From positions 32,001 to 96,000 of the forward strand of contig CAWCBP010000008.1 in assembly GCA_963793865.1 (NCBI GenBank): a DNA stretch of 64,000 nucleotides, written 5' to 3'. Each line of letters begins with the position of its first letter. Positions within the stretch are counted from its first letter, which is position 1. The notes beneath the pieces were generated by a model. That model made no database searches and was not told the origin of the DNA. It saw only the letters and a program-made list of their open reading frames with translations. Both the position numbers and the translations under genes were made by a program. Shown piece by piece: positions 21,195-30,830 of this stretch. Origin of the DNA: an uncultured delta proteobacterium. Lineage in GTDB: Bacteria > Desulfobacterota > WTBG01.

Positions 21195-21291
21195 TCTTTC
21201 CCTACTGACTGCTTACTTCTGAATTCTGACTTCTGAATTCTACTGCTGAACTGTCAACCGCAAACTGAAAACTGAAAAACAGGGTCCAGCT

Positions 21292-22297
21292 ATGGATACG
21301 CACCTCATACAAAAATACCGTGATGACATCATCCAGGTGGGGCGGGCGGCCCATCAGAAAGGGATGATTGTTGGCCGGGGCGGCAATATAAGCGTCCGCC
21401 TGGGACCGCAGGAGTTTCTCTGCACAGCCCACAGCGCAGCCCTGGGTTTTCTCAAACCGTCTGATTTTCTGGTGATGAACCTGCGGGGAGAGGTTATCGA
21501 CGGTGAAGGCAAACCATCTACCGAAAGCAATCTCCACGGGACCATTTACCGGGAGACGGAAGCGGGTGCGGTTGTGCACCTTCACCCTCCCTACACCACG
21601 GTGCTGGCCGTCAGGGGGATTGAGATCAACCCCCTGACCTTTGAATCTTCTCTCTTCCTGGGCAAGACCATACCGACTATCCCGCAGGAAAGTCCCTCGG
21701 TGACTAAAATGGAGGGTGTTATTGCTGCATTACGGCTTTCCAACATTATTATTCTCAAGGAGCACGGTACCGTGGCTGTTGGGGATGATCTCTGGGATGC
21801 GTTCTTTCTTTCCGAGATCCTGGAGGAAGCGGCCATGATGACCTTTCTGGCAAGGAGCCTTGGCGCGCCGCCCGGTGAGGTTAAAAGCGCTGTGCCGCCG
21901 GAGAAAAATATCCAACAATCATGTGCGGTTTTTTCAGAGGAGCACATTGCGCGAATGGTTGATCTCATTAATCAGGATGAGGAAGCCCGGCGCCTGGGAA
22001 AGGTGAACCATCTTGACCGTCAGGTACGCCATTAAGCTTATGGATACCGGCCAGGTATACAACTTTCATTTTCAGGAGGGTGAAGTCGTAAAGGTTACCA
22101 ACGATGAGGATGCTGACTTTGTCATCGCAGGCAGAAAACAGCAGTGGGTGGCTGTTTTCAATGGCCTGATCGATCCGTTTGCCGCTACCACGCAAAAAAA
22201 GCTCAGGTTGCAGAAGGGCAGCATCGGGGACCTTTCCAAATGGTATCCCCCTTTTTACCGCATATTCGCCTTGTGGAATAAGACGCCTGTTGAATAG
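21292..22297 (+). CDS. Class II aldolase (FucA/MtnB/Ald2 family), probably fused to an SCP2 lipid-binding domain; frameshift near 22006
   Basis: GGNIS, KPSTE, HLH, EHG Zn motifs; downstream frame has ADFVI...W..VFNG.IDPF.A..QKKLRL.KG, an SCP2 pattern. Confidence 0.75.
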
Positions 22298-22430
22298 GGA
22301 AACAGTTGGACGGGTTGATGCAGCCTGCGGCATTTTTTTAAACTGTTGTGGCTAAAAAGCCCCTCCCCCTTGAGCCTTTGACAGCCTGGGGAAAACCGCT
22401 TTTTCAAGAACCTGCTAGAGAGGAGATATT

Positions 22431-23357
22431 ATGAAAACAAGAGGCACAACTATGTATTCTTTGCGGTCGGTTATTCTTGCGGTTCTCATTGCAGGCGGAT
22501 TGATCCTTTCGGTGGCTCCTGTCCGCGCTGAACTGGTACTGCCTACCAGCACCGGCAAGATGACCCGGCCCAGCCCGGGCATGAGTGCCGATGACCTGAT
22601 GAAAATTGCCTTGCATACCATTTACAGCAAAGACAGCCGTGATTATGACGCGGTGATGAAAGATAATCGCATTAACAAGGCGGGATTGCGGCTCACCCGC
22701 AATTGGCACCGCTATCGCATCATCCTGAACCGCCCCAAGGACGACCTTGATTACAAGGACATCACCGCCTGTACCGGACCGGAAAATGTGCGGGGCTTGT
22801 CGATATTGACCTGGACCTATCTCAGCCCCGGGAGGGACCAGGATGTATGGCTCTGGCTGCCCAGCCTGAGGAAGATACGGCGCATTTCTCAAACCGAAGG
22901 GGACGACTCGTTCGTGGGCACCGATTTCACCTATGAAGAGGTGGTTTCGCGTAAATGGGGTGATGAAACCTATGCCATGCTGGGCGAAGAAAAATTTCCC
23001 GGGCGGAAATCCATCAATGACGGAACAACCTATTATAAGGATGCCGAAACCTATGTGATCGAGGCGCGCCCGAAACGGAAGGACTGGTATTACGACAAGC
23101 GAAAGGTCACGCTGGAGAAGAAAACCGGCTTAAGGATTCTGGATTCCTATTTTGATGAAATGGGACGCAACCAGAAGAACATTTTTGTCTACTGGAAACC
23201 CATCGAGGGCAGCCAGCTTGAGATGGAGTGGCTGCTCGAGGTTGACAATCTTGAGGAGAAGCACAATACCATCATCTCCCTGGAATGGGTCAAATTTGAT
23301 GTAGGCTTGAAAGAACTGTTTTTTACCGAACGGACACTCATGCGGACAAAATGGTAG
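22431..23357 (+). CDS. Periplasmic LolA-like/DUF1329-type lipoprotein-sorting-fold protein
   Basis: Signal peptide; DVWLWLPSLRKIRRIS, SFVGTDFTYEE, ELFFTERTL. Confidence 0.8.
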   Translation: MKTRGTTMYSLRSVILAVLIAGGLILSVAPVRAELVLPTSTGKMTRPSPGMSADDLMKIALHTIYSKDSRDYDAVMKDNRINKAGLRLTRNWHRYRIILNRPKDDLDYKDITACTGPENVRGLSILTWTYLSPGRDQDVWLWLPSLRKIRRISQTEGDDSFVGTDFTYEEVVSRKWGDETYAMLGEEKFPGRKSINDGTTYYKDAETYVIEARPKRKDWYYDKRKVTLEKKTGLRILDSYFDEMGRNQKNIFVYWKPIEGSQLEMEWLLEVDNLEEKHNTIISLEWVKFDVGLKELFFTERTLMRTKW

Positions 23358-23385
23358 TTGAATTGGAGTAAAGGAGCGTTACGGA

Positions 23386-24879
23386 ATGGCTGATACGGCC
23401 TGCAAAATGTGGATAGGCGGACAGTGGTGTGAGAGCGAATCGAAGGAATACTTCAGCAGCATCAATCCTGCCACCGGTGAGGTAGCCGGAAGGGTACCGC
23501 GCGGACAGGCGGCCGATGTTGAGAGGGCCGTAGCCGCGGCGCGCGAGGCCTTTGATGAGGGCGAGTGGCCTCAGATGAGCTACCAGGACCGGGGAGAGAT
23601 CCTGCGGCAGATTGCGCAGCTCATCAGGGAAAAGGCCCGGGAACTCGCGGAGCTTGAGACCATTGATAACGGGAAGCCCATCAAGGAGACGACCCTGATA
23701 GATATTCCCACCGCCGCTGACACCTTTGAAAGTTTTGCCGGCATGGCCGGCGAACTGAAAGGGGAGACCATCCCCGTCGGCGCACCGGTCTTCTGCCATA
23801 CCCGCTATGAGCCCATCGGGGTTATCGCCCAGATCATACCCTGGAATTACCCGCTCCTGATGGCGGCGTGGAAACTGGCCCCGGCCCTGTTTACCGGCAA
23901 TACCGTGGTGCTCAAGCCTTCATCCCTTACCTCCCTGACGGTTCTGGAGCTTGCACAGCTGATGGAGCAGACCGATCTGCCTGCCGGGGTGGTCAATGTT
24001 ATAACCGGGCTGGGTTCTGAAGCGGGAAGGGCGCTGGCCGCCCATCGGCTGGTTGACAAAATTGCCCTGACCGGAAGCACTGAAACCGGTCGCGAGGTGA
24101 TGGGGCTGGCGGCTGTCACCGTGAAAAAGACGACCCTGGAACTGGGCGGTAAATCACCCACCATAGTGTTCAAAAACGCTGATCTGGAAGCTGCGGTGAA
24201 AGGAACACTGGCTACCATCTTTCTCAACCAGGGACAGATGTGCGTGGCGGGTTCACGGCTGCTGGTTGAAAATGGCATCCACGATGAATTTCTTGCAGCA
24301 CTGGTTGAGAAGGCGGGCAGGATCAGACTGGGAAACGGTCTGGATCCGGAGACGAACATGGGCCCGCTTATTTCCGCTGCCCACCGTGAACGGGTGCAGG
24401 GCTTTATCGCATCAGGATTGAAAGAGGGAGCGCGCCTGGCGGCCGGCGGCAAGGTTCCTGAGGGGAAGGCATTTGAGAAGGGATTCTTCCTTGAGCCCAC
24501 CGTTTTTGATGGTGTGGATAAAAGCATGGAGATTGCCAGGGAAGAGATCTTCGGACCGGTTCTTTCGGTGATGAGCTTCACAACACTCGATGAAGCCGTT
24601 GCACTGGCCAATGCAACCCGCTACGGGCTGGCGGCAAGCATTTGGACCAAGGATATTTACCAGGCATACGAGTGCGCCCGCAGGATCCGCGCCGGCACCA
24701 TCTGGATCAATACCTACGGGAACTTTTTTAGCGAAGTGCCTTTCGGGGGATACAGGGAAAGCGGCCTGGGCAGGGAGCTGGGCAGGGCAGGGCTTAGAGA
24801 ATATACGGAACTTAAAAGCATCACTATGGACATGTCGCCGGACCGGAGATCGCTTATCACCAAATGGTATGGCCTGTAA
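23386..24879 (+). CDS. NAD-dependent aldehyde dehydrogenase
   Basis: IIPWNYP, LTGSTETG, LELGGKSP, GQMCVAGSR, EEIFGP, PFGGYRESG. Confidence 0.95.
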   Translation: MADTACKMWIGGQWCESESKEYFSSINPATGEVAGRVPRGQAADVERAVAAAREAFDEGEWPQMSYQDRGEILRQIAQLIREKARELAELETIDNGKPIKETTLIDIPTAADTFESFAGMAGELKGETIPVGAPVFCHTRYEPIGVIAQIIPWNYPLLMAAWKLAPALFTGNTVVLKPSSLTSLTVLELAQLMEQTDLPAGVVNVITGLGSEAGRALAAHRLVDKIALTGSTETGREVMGLAAVTVKKTTLELGGKSPTIVFKNADLEAAVKGTLATIFLNQGQMCVAGSRLLVENGIHDEFLAALVEKAGRIRLGNGLDPETNMGPLISAAHRERVQGFIASGLKEGARLAAGGKVPEGKAFEKGFFLEPTVFDGVDKSMEIAREEIFGPVLSVMSFTTLDEAVALANATRYGLAASIWTKDIYQAYECARRIRAGTIWINTYGNFFSEVPFGGYRESGLGRELGRAGLREYTELKSITMDMSPDRRSLITKWYGL

Positions 24880-24928
24880 TATTTTTGGCGGGATGAAGAA
24901 GCCATTAATTTACAGGAGGAGCTTTCGA

Positions 24929-25846
24929 ATGAGATGGGTTTTTCAGCTGCTTATCTTTTTGGGAGCATGTGCTTCATCGGCATCTGGATGGGCACAGACG
25001 GCAACGCTGGTTGCTTCTCCCCCCGCATGCACGGGCTGCTGCGAGTCGATGAAACCGCATCCCGGCATTTCGGCTGATGACCTGATGAAAATCGACACCT
25101 ATGTCAAGTACACCAAGTTTGCCCGGGACTATAAGGGTATCGGCTTGATCAGGCTGGTGGATAAAAAGGGTTTCACCCGTGACAGGGACTGGGGCCGTTA
25201 CCGCATTGTGCTGAATAAGACCAGCGATGTCTTCGATTATAAGGACCTGGTGGTGATTTTAGGGCCGCAAAACATAAAGGGACTGTCGGTCCTGACCTGG
25301 AACTATCTCGATCCCCTCAAAGACCAGGAGGTATGGCTCTGGCTTCCCAGCCTGCGCAAGGTGCGACGAATCTCCCAGTCCGAGGCGGACGATCCCTTCA
25401 TGGGCTCTGAATTTACTACCGAAGAAATGTCAACCCGGAAATGGGAGGACGAAACCTATGCCATGGTCGGCGAAAAAAGATTCGGCGGTTATGCTGCCGT
25501 GACCAATGGGAAAACATTCTATAAGGATAAAGACTGCTATGTGGTGGAGGCAGTCCCCAAGCGCAAGGACTGGTATTATGCCAGGCGTGTCGTCTGGCTG
25601 GATAAGGACTTCGCCGGCCTCGTATTCGACGAGGTGTATGACCCCGCCGGGAGGAAATGGAAAACCTTCCTCAAGGAATACGAAACCCGGGAAAACGGGT
25701 GCATCCCCCAGATGTTCCTGGAGGGGAGGGATGAGTTTTCCGGTCACGTAACCGCGATCACCTTTGCAAAGGAAACAATAGCCTTCAACTCCGGGCTGGA
25801 CGAAAATTTCTTTACAGAAAAGACAGTCATGAGATCTAAATGGTAA
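24929..25846 (+). CDS. Second LolA-like/DUF1329-type periplasmic protein
   Basis: Paralog of 22431-23357 (PG.SADDLMKI, WLWLPSLRKVRRISQ, C-terminal MRSKW); AGGAGG RBS. Confidence 0.8.
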   Translation: MRWVFQLLIFLGACASSASGWAQTATLVASPPACTGCCESMKPHPGISADDLMKIDTYVKYTKFARDYKGIGLIRLVDKKGFTRDRDWGRYRIVLNKTSDVFDYKDLVVILGPQNIKGLSVLTWNYLDPLKDQEVWLWLPSLRKVRRISQSEADDPFMGSEFTTEEMSTRKWEDETYAMVGEKRFGGYAAVTNGKTFYKDKDCYVVEAVPKRKDWYYARRVVWLDKDFAGLVFDEVYDPAGRKWKTFLKEYETRENGCIPQMFLEGRDEFSGHVTAITFAKETIAFNSGLDENFFTEKTVMRSKW

Positions 25847-25855
25847 AGGAGGCGG

Positions 25856-27295
25856 ATGATGAAAAGGTTTTTACTGTGCGTGGCAATCACACTGGTTGTG
25901 ATGGCATCGGGAATGGTGGTCAAGCCGGAGGTCAGCGCTTCCCTGCTTGAAAATGAGAAGCTCACGCTCTCGGGCTATGTAAAAAATGCGACCTCCATCA
26001 ATGTGGATACCGCGGACGACATGGATCAGTTCATGAAGATCCGCAGCACCATCCAGCTTTCGGGGGAATACCGGTTAACCGAGAATCTTCACCTCTTTGC
26101 CATTCTCCGGGAGTGGTATGACAGCGCCTATGACGCGGAAAGCACCTGGCGCCGTCGTGATGGGAACCGGAAGCTGATGAGCCGCACCAAACAAAATGAC
26201 TGGCTGAGGGAATGCTATGTGGATTTTTATTCCGATCGTTTGGACATCCGCATCGGAAAGCAGCAGGTGGTATGGGGCACAGCGGACGGGGTAAAAATTC
26301 TGGACATCGTTAACCCCATCGATTACCGGGAATTCAACCTGGAGCTCACCAGGGCCCTGGATGCGGATGTAAAAATTCCCCTCTGGATGATGAAGCTGGA
26401 ATATTCGCCCACGGTTAACGGGACACTGCAGTTCCTGCTGATACCCGATTATGAGACCAACTTCTTTGCCCCCGCCGGCGCGCCTTACGCGGTCCGGGCA
26501 CAGAATGCGGGTGAAGAGCGATTGGACGTGTTGCGGAACCTGGGAGCTGATGTGGTGATTTACAACAAGAAGCCGGGGAGAAGTCTGGACAAAACGAAAA
26601 TCGGGGTGAGGTGGCTTGATGTTATCAACGGGTTTGAGTACACCCTCAATTACCTCCATGGTTACAGCTACAACATGACCAGGCATTTTCTGGGGATTAA
26701 ACCCCTGGGCATTCCGGTTATCCCCGGTGCGGTTGCCCGCTTTGAGGACCGGTATGCCCAGACCGAGACCTTCGGGTTTTCCTTCTCCAAGGCGCTTACC
26801 AAGGGACCCCTGCAGGGCTACAACTTCAGGGGTGAATTTGCCTGGGTCCACAACAATAAGAATGGGTACGGGGCCAGGGACAACCAGGTGGATGTCGGCC
26901 AGGTAGATACATATAACTACGTGCTGGGCATTGACAAGTATTACTGGACCAACTGGCTGTTCAGCTTTCAGTTCATGCAGTTCTGGCTGGAGCGTGAAAA
27001 AGAAAAGGGATATTACTACCTGCTGGGTCCGACCTCGGACAGGCTGGACCAGTGCGAGACCATTCTGAGCTTGAAAATCAAGACCGACTTCATGCATGAG
27101 CGGCTGCAGCCGGGAGTGCTCATCCAGTGGGGTGATGACAACGATTGGAGTATTAACCCCCGGGTCGAGTTTGAGCTCCGGGACTACTGGATCCTTGCCT
27201 GGGGAATGCATGTCTTCAACGGGAAAAGCGGCCAGCTGTTCGGCCAGTACCAGGACCGGGATACCATGTATGTGGAAGTGAAACTTGGTTTCTGA
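25856..27295 (+). CDS. Outer-membrane beta-barrel protein, DUF1302-like
   Basis: Signal peptide, LRECYVD, RIGKQQVVWGTADG, LDIVNP, C-terminal YVEVKLGF. Confidence 0.8.
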   Translation: MMKRFLLCVAITLVVMASGMVVKPEVSASLLENEKLTLSGYVKNATSINVDTADDMDQFMKIRSTIQLSGEYRLTENLHLFAILREWYDSAYDAESTWRRRDGNRKLMSRTKQNDWLRECYVDFYSDRLDIRIGKQQVVWGTADGVKILDIVNPIDYREFNLELTRALDADVKIPLWMMKLEYSPTVNGTLQFLLIPDYETNFFAPAGAPYAVRAQNAGEERLDVLRNLGADVVIYNKKPGRSLDKTKIGVRWLDVINGFEYTLNYLHGYSYNMTRHFLGIKPLGIPVIPGAVARFEDRYAQTETFGFSFSKALTKGPLQGYNFRGEFAWVHNNKNGYGARDNQVDVGQVDTYNYVLGIDKYYWTNWLFSFQFMQFWLEREKEKGYYYLLGPTSDRLDQCETILSLKIKTDFMHERLQPGVLIQWGDDNDWSINPRVEFELRDYWILAWGMHVFNGKSGQLFGQYQDRDTMYVEVKLGF

Positions 27296-27306
27296 GGTGC
27301 ACGCGT

Positions 27307-28116
27307 ATGGCAAAAAAAAAGTATCTCTCCAATTATTCTATTGAGAACATTGCCCAGTCCATCGCCAGGGACAGCGAGGCGGGAAAGCGGTATGGAGCTG
27401 AGGAGAAAATAAAGCTTTACCGGGAAAGGCTCCGCTTCGCTGAGAATTACCCTGAGCTGCTGCAAATCCTGAACCTTGACCACATCCGTTCCTACCCCGT
27501 ATCCTGGGCGAAAAGAATAGCACGGGTGGCGCTGGTCCCTCCCGAGATGGTGGTGGTTGACAGCCGCATCCAAGACATGTGCTCGCTTCCGTTCTGGACT
27601 TATTACGGAATGGGGGAGGGAAGCTTCGGGCGGTGTGCCGGCGTGGGGGCTTTCTCCTGCTGTCCCCCGTTTAATCTTCCCGCGGAAAAAGTCCGCTTGA
27701 AGCTGGACAAATCGGATGTGTTCCTGGTGATGCAAACCTCTCCGGGCTTGATGATGAGCGGAGGTGATCCCGGTGCCCAGTTTCAGACTCTCAACCGGCT
27801 TGCCGAAGAGATCGATGCCCTCATGGGCAAGGGGACAGTAGTCCAGAAGTTCGGCGGCGGCCCCTGTTTTGCCTGTTATCCCGAGTCCTGCGAGGGAGGA
27901 GGCGCCTGCAAGGCGCCTCATCTCAAGATACCCTCGCTGGAGGGCATGGGGGTTTGCGTTGACCAGCTCTGCAAGGATCTGGCACTTTTGACCGGTGACA
28001 GCGATTGGAAGATCACCTGGATTAAAGGCTTCGGGACGCCGGACCAGAAACCGAAGAAGATGAAGGCAACCGTGGGTCTTGCACTCAGTTTAAAAGCGAA
28101 GGGGGAGACGGCTTAG
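27307..28116 (+). CDS. DUF2284-like Cys-rich predicted metal-binding protein
   Basis: CCPP, GGPCFACYPESC, CKAP..PSLEGMGVCV. Confidence 0.7.
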   Translation: MAKKKYLSNYSIENIAQSIARDSEAGKRYGAEEKIKLYRERLRFAENYPELLQILNLDHIRSYPVSWAKRIARVALVPPEMVVVDSRIQDMCSLPFWTYYGMGEGSFGRCAGVGAFSCCPPFNLPAEKVRLKLDKSDVFLVMQTSPGLMMSGGDPGAQFQTLNRLAEEIDALMGKGTVVQKFGGGPCFACYPESCEGGGACKAPHLKIPSLEGMGVCVDQLCKDLALLTGDSDWKITWIKGFGTPDQKPKKMKATVGLALSLKAKGETA

Positions 28117-28221
28117 AAACAGCAAGGCAGCCACATGATCAGGTAACAGTGACTGCCTTCGCTGGAAATGTCAAAAGTTGCTTTTTATTGAAGGGCGCGC
28201 GCTGTCGTGCCCTTTTATTTT

Positions 28222-29151
28222 CTACTGCTTCGGCTGGCCGGCCATTGCCGTCTTTACCCGCGGCACCGCCTGCTTGATGTAGTCTCCCACGCGCTGAAAT
28301 TCAACGCCAAACATGTTCTTGATTACCGAATGATCAATCTTTGAATCGACGATAAAGTCCTGGATCTGCTCCGCGGTAAAAAAGGACTGCTGGGGGTTGG
28401 CCTTTATGCTTTGAATGAGCGCTTCCTTGCTCATGCCCGTGGTGTAGTTCGCCTTCAAACCGGCCTCCCGGGCAATCATATTTAAAAGCTCGCCCTGGGT
28501 AAGACAGTCGGGTCCCCCCATGGTGACGGTTTTGTTGGAGGCCTTGGGATTATCCACGGCTGACACCATGCATTTCGCCAGGTCAAAATGCGAAAGAGGG
28601 CAGAGGTGAATATCGAGGGGGCCATAGAACCAGGTGGTGCCGGCATCCCCCATCTTGAGCACCTGGGGTATGAAGAAGAAGTCGAAATCCTTGAACAGGC
28701 CTGATGACCGGAATATGGTGTAGTCCATGCCGGAGTTCCTGATTGCCTCCTCGGCTTGAAATTTTGCCTGATACATGTCGGACACACATCCGGGGCCCAC
28801 CCCGTCCACCGATATGTGTACAAACTTCTTTGCCCCTTTTTCCTTCGCGGCTTCAACCACATTTTTGACGCCCTGTAGCTCCACCTCTTTGTAGCCCCTT
28901 CCTTTCTTCATCTGCTCCGGGGTGAGTCGCAGCGTGGCGATGACCGCGTTGACTCCCTCCATGGCGGGGAGAAGAGATGCCTTATCCATGACATCTCCCT
29001 CAAAAAACGCAACCTTGTCCTGCGCCGGCCCGAGTTTGGCTATGTTTGCTTTTGATACATCGAATCCATTGACCCGATGCCCCTTGTCAACGGCGTTTTT
29101 TGCAACAGCACTGCCCACGTCTCCCAGAGCTCCAATTACCACGATGTTCAT
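28222..29151 (-). CDS. NAD(P)-binding atypical SDR (NmrA/NDUFA9-like)
   Basis: VIGALGDVG, YQAKFQAEEAIRNSGMDYTIFR. Confidence 0.85.
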   Translation of the reverse strand: MNIVVIGALGDVGSAVAKNAVDKGHRVNGFDVSKANIAKLGPAQDKVAFFEGDVMDKASLLPAMEGVNAVIATLRLTPEQMKKGRGYKEVELQGVKNVVEAAKEKGAKKFVHISVDGVGPGCVSDMYQAKFQAEEAIRNSGMDYTIFRSSGLFKDFDFFFIPQVLKMGDAGTTWFYGPLDIHLCPLSHFDLAKCMVSAVDNPKASNKTVTMGGPDCLTQGELLNMIAREAGLKANYTTGMSKEALIQSIKANPQQSFFTAEQIQDFIVDSKIDHSVIKNMFGVEFQRVGDYIKQAVPRVKTAMAGQPKQ

Positions 29152-29248
29152 AAGACCCTCCTGCAGTTGTTGTATGATAAGAATGTATGGCTTGCCCCTT
29201 GAGCGGCGCTATCAAATGCGCGGCCGACAGCAATTTTTTTCCTCGGGG

Positions 29249-29425
29249 CTACTTTTTTTGCTTCTTTCTGGATCCTGTCTTGGGAAGCTGCTTCTCGTAT
29301 TTGTCGAGCACGAGGCCGAGCGCTTCCCTGATATAGGCGGCCTTGGGCACCCTGGTCCTGGTTGAGAGCTTCTCCAGCCGTTCGAGCTGCTCTATGTCGA
29401 TATAAATTGATCTGAGTATCTTCAT
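29249..29425 (-). CDS. Ribbon-helix-helix DNA-binding protein
   Basis: SIYIDIEQLERLEKLSTRTRVPKAAYIREAL; AAAGGA RBS. Confidence 0.8.
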   Translation of the reverse strand: MKILRSIYIDIEQLERLEKLSTRTRVPKAAYIREALGLVLDKYEKQLPKTGSRKKQKK

Positions 29426-29498
29426 GGTTCCTTTCTCCGCGGCGGCGATTGCCATGAACAAACCGCACCGCTACGCTGTTGATTGTCTTGCTGCAGGA

Positions 29499-30389
29499 TT
29501 AATCCGGCAGCGCGGCCTCCACATTCCAGAAACCGTCCAGCCAGTATTTTTTGAAATGCTCCTTAAAGACACTCTTACCCATGCTGACGGCAAAATCATT
29601 TTTGTAAAAGAGCATGACCAGGTCTTTTATTTTTTGCTCATGGGCGGCAGCGTAGGATGCGTCCGCCTCGAGCGCGTTGAGCCTGCTCAGGTAAACCGGC
29701 AGGACCAGCTTTACCGCTTCCGCGACCGTGGTGTAGTATTGCCTGCGCAATGCTTCATCCCCGCTCTTGGGCTCCACCAGTTCGAGCCGGAACTCGCTCT
29801 TGTAGGGGTCCAGGTAGGCGGTAATTTTCCCCCTGCCTTCTTCCTTTGTCCGCTGGTAGGGTTCCACCATGGCAAGGGCCTTTTGGACTGCCGGCAGCCC
29901 TTCGCCGAGAAAATCCCGGGGTGAAATGACGCCGGGGTCAGGGTTGAAGAAATCCATGCTGCATAACCCGGGCGTACCCAGTGCCGGCTTCATGAAGTCA
30001 ATGTGGAAAACCGGTGCCTTGATGCCGTATGCCGGCCTGATGTGCAGGGTAAAGTCGCGGTAGTAGGACGATCCGGGCGGTACCTGGAACTGGCTGATGG
30101 CCAGGCTCATTTTATCGTTCTGGAAGGATTTAAGAGGAACAGCGATGGTGCTGTTGCCGAACAGCTTGTTGAAGGGAAAGGATAGCGAAAGGGTGAAGGT
30201 GCTGAACTCATTGGTTATAGACCGTTCGTCTGCCCGGTATTCTTTACAGAGTTTGATCGTTTCCTCGCGCAGATCAGAGAAGACATTATAGTCATCATAC
30301 TGTTGCGGCTGGTAGGTAAGGATAAAAATCGCCCCAACCAGTATAATGACCAATAGCACCAATCCCACGATCTTCAGTATTTTTTTCAT
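29499..30389 (-). CDS. Membrane-anchored protein with ferredoxin-dependent bilin reductase/RCCR-like pattern
   Basis: N-terminal TM helix; LHIRPAYGIKAPVFHIDF...SMDF, PYKSEF, NDFAVSMGKSVF; AGGAGG RBS. Confidence 0.55.
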   Translation of the reverse strand: MKKILKIVGLVLLVIILVGAIFILTYQPQQYDDYNVFSDLREETIKLCKEYRADERSITNEFSTFTLSLSFPFNKLFGNSTIAVPLKSFQNDKMSLAISQFQVPPGSSYYRDFTLHIRPAYGIKAPVFHIDFMKPALGTPGLCSMDFFNPDPGVISPRDFLGEGLPAVQKALAMVEPYQRTKEEGRGKITAYLDPYKSEFRLELVEPKSGDEALRRQYYTTVAEAVKLVLPVYLSRLNALEADASYAAAHEQKIKDLVMLFYKNDFAVSMGKSVFKEHFKKYWLDGFWNVEAALPD

Positions 30390-30592
30390 TGTGTCCTCCT
30401 TTACATTGCACATCACCGTTTTTACAGAACAGCATCGGGCGACATCCGCCGGGTGTGCATGGTGATAGTACAATATGTTTAACTAGTATCAAAGTAAAGG
30501 GACAGGTGTCAATAAAAAATGTAACCGTGCAGGGGGGAGAGAGTTAGGGTGAGGGGGCAACCTCAATCTATTTTCGAATCAATCTTATCCAG

Positions 30593-30624
30593 ATGTAGGG
30601 GCGACCGGCCGGTCGCCCCTACAT
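30593..30624. repeat. REP-like family A, perfect 32-bp palindrome
   Basis: ATGTAGGGGCGACCGG-CCGGTCGCCCCTACAT. Confidence 0.8.
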
Positions 30625-30738
30625 ATCAGATCCTATTTTCTCTTAACGGTTTGACACAGTTCCTTTCCTGCAGAACTGTCAGGTCCTGCAACGCCTTAAT
30701 AATCACAGCAATTCCGCTGATAAAAGGCGGATTTATAA

Positions 30739-30767
30739 TTGACATAGCCCGGTCTTTTTTTTATAGT
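30739..30767 (+). promoter_or_regulatory. sigma70 promoter for the nif3-like gene
   Basis: TTGACA, 17 bp spacer, TATAGT. Confidence 0.7.
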
Positions 30768-30830
30768 GCAAGCCTGACATAGGCGAAACTTTACCTCCGC
30801 AAGAACCTAAACGCTGTGAGGCGGTATCCG

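Noticed and set aside
21139..21280. Possible CRISPR array in the repeat-rich spacers (also 35063-35415)
   Set aside because: Units are 7-8 bp and contiguous, with no unique spacers and no cas genes
17202..24879. Fluorometabolite or chlorometabolite pathway
   Set aside because: The downstream logic matches, but no fluorinase/chlorinase-like gene is present
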